NCBI GenBank assembly: GCA_019058295.1
Contig: JAHPZI010000008.1
Span: 98,965 to 143,211 of the forward strand
Direction of reading: 5' to 3'
DNA from: Promethearchaeota archaeon
Lineage (GTDB): Archaea; Asgardarchaeota; Lokiarchaeia; Sigyniarchaeales; SOKP01
Length of the DNA stretch: 44,247 nt
Made by a program: the position numbers and the translations under genes. The notes beneath the pieces are model-generated. The model saw nothing but the letters and a program-made list of their open reading frames with translations, made no database searches and was not told the origin of the DNA. Shown one piece after another: positions 38,638 through 44,247 of this stretch (the stretch's first letter is position 1; each line of letters starts with the position of its first letter).

Positions 38638-39033
38638 CTACTTCACCGGTTCTTGAAGAGCGAATTTTATTTCATTTACAAAATTATCAAAAATATAGAT
38701 ATCTCCATCCCATTCATTTTTAAACCATTCTGCAGGATACAGATTAAAAAATTTTTCAGCTACTTTTATTATTACTTCATGAAGGCGTTTCTCTTTAACT
38801 TTTTTTTCAGCTGTACATACAAATAGAAAATCGTGGTTTTTTAAGAGTGTAAATTTCATAGAGCTCGATCCAAAATTAGTAAGCCCTCCACTCTCAAGTT
38901 CGTTTGCGAAAGAATTTAGAGCGCTCATAAGCCCTCCAAAAAGCTGAGCCTTAACATTAGAGTTAAAAACGCGTTTGAATACAACTGTACCTGTTTGGGT
39001 TAAAATCCAGATATCTTTAATAATTTTAGCCAA
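38638..39033 (-). CDS. single longin-like domain protein
   Basis: IWILTQTGTVVFKR..QLFGGLMSALNSFA; paralog of 25732..26142. Confidence 0.7.
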   Translation of the reverse strand: MAKIIKDIWILTQTGTVVFKRVFNSNVKAQLFGGLMSALNSFANELESGGLTNFGSSSMKFTLLKNHDFLFVCTAEKKVKEKRLHEVIIKVAEKFFNLYPAEWFKNEWDGDIYIFDNFVNEIKFALQEPVK

Positions 39034-39160
39034 AAAGTTCTCCTTTAATAAGTTTATATGTTTGTTTTATGTTTGAAATTATTGATTACATTATTGTAAA
39101 ATAACCCAGTGTTATAGAGCTTTATTTTTAATGATATGATAAAAATAATATGTTTCAAAT

Positions 39161-40132
39161 TTATATTAAAGTTGGGAAAATCTTAATAAAGAGTATTATA
39201 AATATGAAACCAACTGCTCCGACTAAAAAGTAAAAAGGATTGCCTTTTTCTTTCTCTGGAATTACTTCTCGAACAATCGTATATAAAATCACACCAGAAA
39301 TAAAAGAAAATAAGATATAAATTAATTCTAATTCAATTTTTATTGGCAGAACCAGTTCAAAAACCAAACCAATAAAGACGCCTGTAAGTGCTGCCAATCC
39401 TAATAATGTTTTTTTAATTAAATTAATGCCAAAATCGGTTTCTTCGTAAATTTCTAAGTCAGTGAATATTATGTGGCTTTCTGATCTATTAGAAATGATT
39501 ATTCTAAACCACGCAAAAATAAAAAAAAGAAATGCTGCTAAGAGATCTATAAATAGAAGCCCAACTAAAATAATCCCTACTAAAAGATGGTAAGCAAAAT
39601 TAGTGAAAAATCTGAATTCGGATAAATCTTTATTAAGATGATTCTGGATTTTTAATTTATATTGTTCAATTTCTTTTTTTATTGTTTCTTCCTGCTTTTT
39701 TAATCCCAAAATAGACTCATTTAAATTTTTTAACGTAGTAATGTCTAATTTTTCTTGTTGCAATTCAGATTCCAAAACATTTTCAATATTTTCTTCTACG
39801 AGCTCTAAATCTTTTTCCATTTTTAGTAATTTACGCATTCGTTTTTGTGATTTAGACTCAACTTTTTGTAAGATTAATTTCTCAGAAACGTGGAAAAAAA
39901 TAAAGCCCATTAGAATAAAAAAATATTCAAATAATTGCAAATGTAATGGATATTCTGGCAAACCTTCAGATACTTCGGGAAGGACTACCAGAAAGAAATA
40001 GGCTACTGAGATTCCAGCGATTAGAGAAATATGTAATTGATGATGCTTGTGCTCAAAAAAATCAGCTATAAAAAATGCAGTGCCAAAAATAATTGCTATG
40101 ATGATGACAATTATTAAATCTACATCTATCAA
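39161..40132 (-). CDS. ZIP-like membrane protein with internal coiled coil
   Basis: AGISVAYFFLVVLPE and SFISGVILYTIVREVIPE resemble ZIP helices; ~85-aa K/E-rich insert. Confidence 0.55.
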   Translation of the reverse strand: MIDVDLIIVIIIAIIFGTAFFIADFFEHKHHQLHISLIAGISVAYFFLVVLPEVSEGLPEYPLHLQLFEYFFILMGFIFFHVSEKLILQKVESKSQKRMRKLLKMEKDLELVEENIENVLESELQQEKLDITTLKNLNESILGLKKQEETIKKEIEQYKLKIQNHLNKDLSEFRFFTNFAYHLLVGIILVGLLFIDLLAAFLFFIFAWFRIIISNRSESHIIFTDLEIYEETDFGINLIKKTLLGLAALTGVFIGLVFELVLPIKIELELIYILFSFISGVILYTIVREVIPEKEKGNPFYFLVGAVGFIFIILFIKIFPTLI

Positions 40133-40247
40133 TTTTAATTAATATAAATTTGCTATAATTTTAATTCAATAATAATATAATTTTTTATAAATATAATTTA
40201 TTGAATTTGTAGGCGTAGTTTTATAAAAATTTTCTGGTGATAGAAAT

Positions 40248-41165
40248 TTGACGCAATTTTTGGTGGTAAATTCAACGGAGGATATAGCTTCTATGAATAT
40301 ACGCGATAAATTATTAAATTCAGCATTATACTCGTTCAAAAAGATAGATGCTAAGTGGCATAATAATCCTCTATTTATATTTGAAGGATTCACATCAGAT
40401 CCAGAAAAAAAAAATAGATATTTAAACGAGAATCAGATTTATCTTGGTTTAACTGAGAAACCTTTAATTCATTTAAACGATTTAAAATTAGATGAGTCAG
40501 ATATTAACCCTGATTTGCTTATTTTTGCAAGTCGACATAGATCTGAAACTGCTCGACCAGCATTTTTGGCACATATCACAGGAAATTGGAGTAATAAAGC
40601 AGATTTTGGAGGAAATCCATATGAATTATCTTATGCCAGTGCTTTTTTATTTAAAGCGGCATTTCTATCTTTAAAAAAGCAATATGATATTCAAGATTTT
40701 AATCAATTTCCTAACTTTTCACTCGATATCGAAGTAACTCATCATGGTCCAACAACCTTAGAAAAACCATTAATTTTTATGGAATTAGGAAGTAGCACGG
40801 AAGAATGGAGTATTATTGAAGCTGGAAACCTTGTAGCAAGAGCAATAATTGAAACATGCTTTAAATATGTTAAATTAAAACAAAATAAATCTATACAAAT
40901 TGGAATAGGTTTTGGAGGTACTCATTATTCTCACCAATTTAAAAAATTAATAAGTGAGAAAAATGTAGCAGTCTCATTTATTTGTCCAAAGTATTTCATA
41001 CAGAAATTAAATAAAAATATAATAGAACAAATGCTAAATAAGACTTTAGAAAAAATTGATAGCTTTATAATTGATTGGAAAGGTACAAACTCAGATGATA
41101 AAAAACATTTAATTCCAATATTGGAAGAATTCGATATACCAGTTAAGAAAACCAAAGATTTCTAA
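40248..41165 (+). CDS. dtdA: archaeal D-aminoacyl-tRNA deacylase (DTD2)
   Basis: DIASMNI, FASRHRS, AHITGN, EVTHHGPT, FMELGS..EW, GFGGTHY. Confidence 0.92.
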   Translation: MTQFLVVNSTEDIASMNIRDKLLNSALYSFKKIDAKWHNNPLFIFEGFTSDPEKKNRYLNENQIYLGLTEKPLIHLNDLKLDESDINPDLLIFASRHRSETARPAFLAHITGNWSNKADFGGNPYELSYASAFLFKAAFLSLKKQYDIQDFNQFPNFSLDIEVTHHGPTTLEKPLIFMELGSSTEEWSIIEAGNLVARAIIETCFKYVKLKQNKSIQIGIGFGGTHYSHQFKKLISEKNVAVSFICPKYFIQKLNKNIIEQMLNKTLEKIDSFIIDWKGTNSDDKKHLIPILEEFDIPVKKTKDF

Positions 41166-41170
41166 TATTT

Positions 41171-42049
41171 TTATTGTGTCTCTTTAATTTTTTCATAATA
41201 TTTAACTAAATTCTTAATTACGAAATTTGTAGGTCCGAAACCCTGTGTTGCCGATTTAATAAGTATTTGATGGAGAAAATCACGATGGATAACGTTTTCT
41301 TCTACTGTTATATTTAACTCCCGCAAATTGTAGAAACTTCTCCAAAATTGAGTGGGCCATTGAATAATAGCTCTTAATCCACTCAGATTAAATTGTTTCT
41401 CTCCTTCTTCACTCAATTTCAGTTCTTTTTCTAATTTATAGAAATATTTATCTCCTTGTTTTTCCTTATTAATTAAGCCATCTGCTACGATTTCATCCAT
41501 TATTTTGTTTAATTCAACTAAATCTATATCTAAGTTGAGTTTTTTCATATTTTCAAGAATATCAACATCCAATTGACCATTGAGTTTAATTAGTAGATAA
41601 TTTCTGGCCATAATATTATATTTTAATGGCACAGTTTCATGATCCATTTTGTTATATTGAATTAAATTTCCTAGGATCTCCCTCGCAGTCATATATCCAA
41701 TCATTTTTTGATCTATGAGGGAAAACGTGTTTTTAAATAAATCAGAATTAAAATATATATTATAGATAGTCTCTAATATTGATTTTATAGCATAAAAACC
41801 GTCTACTTGAGACGCTTCTACTATTTTTAAAATTTTGATTCGGTAATCAATGTCCTTAAGAAAATTTTCCTCATTTAGAGGAATTTGACGTATTTTATGA
41901 GGGGTATTATTGAATTTTTTTAAATGTTCATTCCACATTTTTTCAAAGCGCGATCCCTGTGCTTTTACTATGCTTACGAGCTTAGCAACAACTTCTAATA
42001 GTTTTGTTAGAAACTCTTGTTCTGTCACTTTTGTAATGTTTAAAACCAT
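41171..42049 (-). CDS. hypothetical protein, possible internal winged-helix
   Basis: 292-aa ORF; ELNKIMDEIVADGLINKEKQGDKYFYKL resembles a wHTH wing. Confidence 0.65.
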   Translation of the reverse strand: MVLNITKVTEQEFLTKLLEVVAKLVSIVKAQGSRFEKMWNEHLKKFNNTPHKIRQIPLNEENFLKDIDYRIKILKIVEASQVDGFYAIKSILETIYNIYFNSDLFKNTFSLIDQKMIGYMTAREILGNLIQYNKMDHETVPLKYNIMARNYLLIKLNGQLDVDILENMKKLNLDIDLVELNKIMDEIVADGLINKEKQGDKYFYKLEKELKLSEEGEKQFNLSGLRAIIQWPTQFWRSFYNLRELNITVEENVIHRDFLHQILIKSATQGFGPTNFVIKNLVKYYEKIKETQ

Positions 42050-42078
42050 TTAGTCTTTTTATATATTTATTAAATAAA

Positions 42079-43269
42079 TTACTCTGAAATGTGGTGAAGA
42101 ACTTCTATAACTTTTTCTACTTGACTATCATTAATAACTAATGGAGGTAATAATCTAATAACTGTTATTCCTGCATTCAACAATAATACACCTTTTTTCT
42201 CAGCCTGAGTTATTAAATCTTTCACTCTTTTTCTATATTCAATTCCAATCATCAAACCCTTACCTCGTATTTCCCGTATCATGTCACAATCTTTGGCAAA
42301 TTCTTGTAGATTTGAAATTATTTTTTTACCTTGTATTGATGAATTCTCTATGAGATTTTCCTCGATTATAATGTCAATAGTTGCATTTGCGGCAGCGCAT
42401 ACTAATGGATTGCCTCCAAAAGTTGTATTAAGTTCTCCGACATTAAATTTATTATATAAATCTTCGGAAGCAACAGTTGCTCCTATTGGTAATCCCCCTG
42501 CTAGAGCCTTAGCCATACATATAATATCTGGTACAATATCGTAGTGTTCAAATGCGAACATCTTTCCTGTTCTCCCAATACCAGTTTGAACCTCATCGTC
42601 CACAAAAATTAAATTTTTTTCATCACATAATTCTCTTAATTCCTTGGGAAAATCTTCTGGAGCAGGATTCACCCCTCCTTCTCCTTGAATCAACTCACAG
42701 AAAATTGCTGAGGTATTTTCATTAACTAATTCTTTTACAGAATTTATATCACCATATGAGGCATATTTTACGTGGGGGGACAACCAAGATAAAAAAGGTT
42801 TTCTGTATTTTATATTATGCGTCATTGATAAAGAACCTAATGTCCGACCATGAAAGCTTCTTTTAAAAGCTATGATTTCAGGTTTTTTTTTGTCTCTATT
42901 ACTAGCTAATACTAATTTAAGTGCTGCTTCAGTTGCTTCAGTACCACTATTTGAAAGAAAAGTCTGCGTTAAATTTTTTGGAGTGATATCTGCTAATTTT
43001 TGGAGCAATTTGGCTCTTTCTTCAACAACAAATCCCGGTGGCACCATAACTAATTTTTCAACTTGTTGTTTTATTGCCTCAATGTATTTTGGATGGCTAT
43101 GACCTATATTTAATACACCATGCCCCGCTATACAGTCAATATATTCGTTTCCTTTCTCGTCATAAAGGAGAGCGCCTTTTCCTTTTATTATAACATAGTC
43201 TCGTTTAGAGTATAGCTTTGTGTGATGCTGTTTTTCTAATTCAATAAATTTCAAATAATTGTCTGACAT
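42079..43269 (-). CDS. class III aminotransferase (LysJ/ArgD-like)
   Basis: NSGTEA, SFHGRTLGSLS, ELIQGEGG, DEVQTGIGRTG, PLP lysine in MAKALAGG, TFGGNP. Confidence 0.9.
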   Translation of the reverse strand: MSDNYLKFIELEKQHHTKLYSKRDYVIIKGKGALLYDEKGNEYIDCIAGHGVLNIGHSHPKYIEAIKQQVEKLVMVPPGFVVEERAKLLQKLADITPKNLTQTFLSNSGTEATEAALKLVLASNRDKKKPEIIAFKRSFHGRTLGSLSMTHNIKYRKPFLSWLSPHVKYASYGDINSVKELVNENTSAIFCELIQGEGGVNPAPEDFPKELRELCDEKNLIFVDDEVQTGIGRTGKMFAFEHYDIVPDIICMAKALAGGLPIGATVASEDLYNKFNVGELNTTFGGNPLVCAAANATIDIIIEENLIENSSIQGKKIISNLQEFAKDCDMIREIRGKGLMIGIEYRKRVKDLITQAEKKGVLLLNAGITVIRLLPPLVINDSQVEKVIEVLHHISE

Positions 43270-43365
43270 TTAATTCTTTATTTTAGTGAGTTTTAATTTA
43301 TGATAATAAAAAAAGGATTAAATTAAATAAGTTTTTTATAATCTTTAATCTAGTTATTAATAATT

Positions 43366-44172
43366 ATGCTATTTGAAAGTATCTTCATAATTCGAGGAGG
43401 TTTTTGGGGAAAAGAATACGATTTTAAATTATTATTTGCTATTGTTGCTCTATGTATTTGTATTATAGATTGGAAATGGAAAGGGAGAAAAGATTATTTT
43501 TGGGTATATTTGATAAGTTTTCTTTTTTGGAGTTCAGTTGAATTAGCAATTAATTTGATGGGTATTCGAGAAATGCCGCAAAGATTTCTATTTGGAATGG
43601 AGATTCCGATTTGGCTTTCTATTCCACTTCAAGGGCTTGCTGAAGGAACTACAGTAGGGATAATGGCATTATTTATAACAGACTTATATATTAATGAGGA
43701 AACAAGAAAATATAGCGTATTGGCTCTGGTGATTGTGGTGATTGCTATCTCTTTAATTATGTTTAGTCATGGAATTTATACTCCGAATGTAGGAGGAGAC
43801 GTTCCAGGTCGAAGAGACGTCTTTCCTATCTGGGAATTGCTTATAATTCCGCTTGTTTTTCCTGCAATATATTGGTTAATCAAAACAGATAAAGATTCTA
43901 GAAAAAGAGGATTGTATATGTTTATTGTAATGTTTTTTCTAGGGTGTGCATGGTTTCTTGTATATTGGTTATCTGGTCAAAGGTGGGTTGAAATTGGTAC
44001 AAAAAATCCTGACGGAACTTATTCTAATTTACGAAGAGCACCTCCGATAATAGAGTTTATGGTAATCCTTTATAACGCTTTTGTAGAAATTGCTCTTATA
44101 TATATGCCCTTCTTAGCTATTCCTTACTTATTGGGATTAATTAAACAAGTAGAAAATAAATCATCAATATAA
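43366..44172 (+). CDS. hypothetical multi-pass membrane protein
   Basis: 268 aa, about 7 hydrophobic segments. Confidence 0.75.
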   Translation: MLFESIFIIRGGFWGKEYDFKLLFAIVALCICIIDWKWKGRKDYFWVYLISFLFWSSVELAINLMGIREMPQRFLFGMEIPIWLSIPLQGLAEGTTVGIMALFITDLYINEETRKYSVLALVIVVIAISLIMFSHGIYTPNVGGDVPGRRDVFPIWELLIIPLVFPAIYWLIKTDKDSRKRGLYMFIVMFFLGCAWFLVYWLSGQRWVEIGTKNPDGTYSNLRRAPPIIEFMVILYNAFVEIALIYMPFLAIPYLLGLIKQVENKSSI

Positions 44173-44247
44173 ATTATAATAAAGAAATTAATTAAAACAG
44201 TATCAAAGGAAGTAAAAGCATAAAAATCCATTGAACTGTATTTCTAT

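Noticed and set aside
505-43102. Short overlapping or antisense ORFs in the track (e.g. 505..741, 1329..1589, 4094..4276, 12963..13187, 20396..20920, 23601..23966, 28293..28604, 33975..34178, 40166..40393, 42281..42544)
   Set aside because: They overlap well-supported genes in another frame or strand and have no recognisable motifs; treated as shadow ORFs.

Overview
AT-rich archaeal chromosomal segment, most likely Asgard archaea (Lokiarchaeia/Promethearchaeota). This is inferred from archaeal housekeeping genes (eS26, TrmY, RNase Z, archaeal DTD2, CdhE) sitting beside many eukaryotic-signature proteins: two Rab-like GTPases, a Rag-like GTPase-roadblock fusion, three longin-type proteins and an alpha-SNAP-like TPR protein. 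There are about 40 CDSs. I could not support any rRNA, tRNA, CRISPR array or transposase. The main discovery is absent from the ORF track: a 42-aa gene at 12701..12829 (MKIVKKVKRTSAA-CKCGDSCISNG-CKCGDSCISNT-CKCGDSC), with a basic leader-like N-terminus and three tandem Cys-rich repeats that each contain a CX3D motif. It lies head-to-head with a radical SAM/SPASM enzyme carrying an N-terminal PqqD/RRE-like domain, which is followed by a small CxxC protein. Together they look like an undescribed Asgard RiPP (ranthipeptide/sactipeptide-like) locus; a metallothionein-like peptide is the main alternative. Other points: apparent ATT start codons (eS26, MobB, possibly the TPR gene), a ubiquitin-like SAMP ending GG-E, a PIN-TPR fusion and two intergenic hairpins. 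All family assignments come from reading motifs by eye; no database searches were run.
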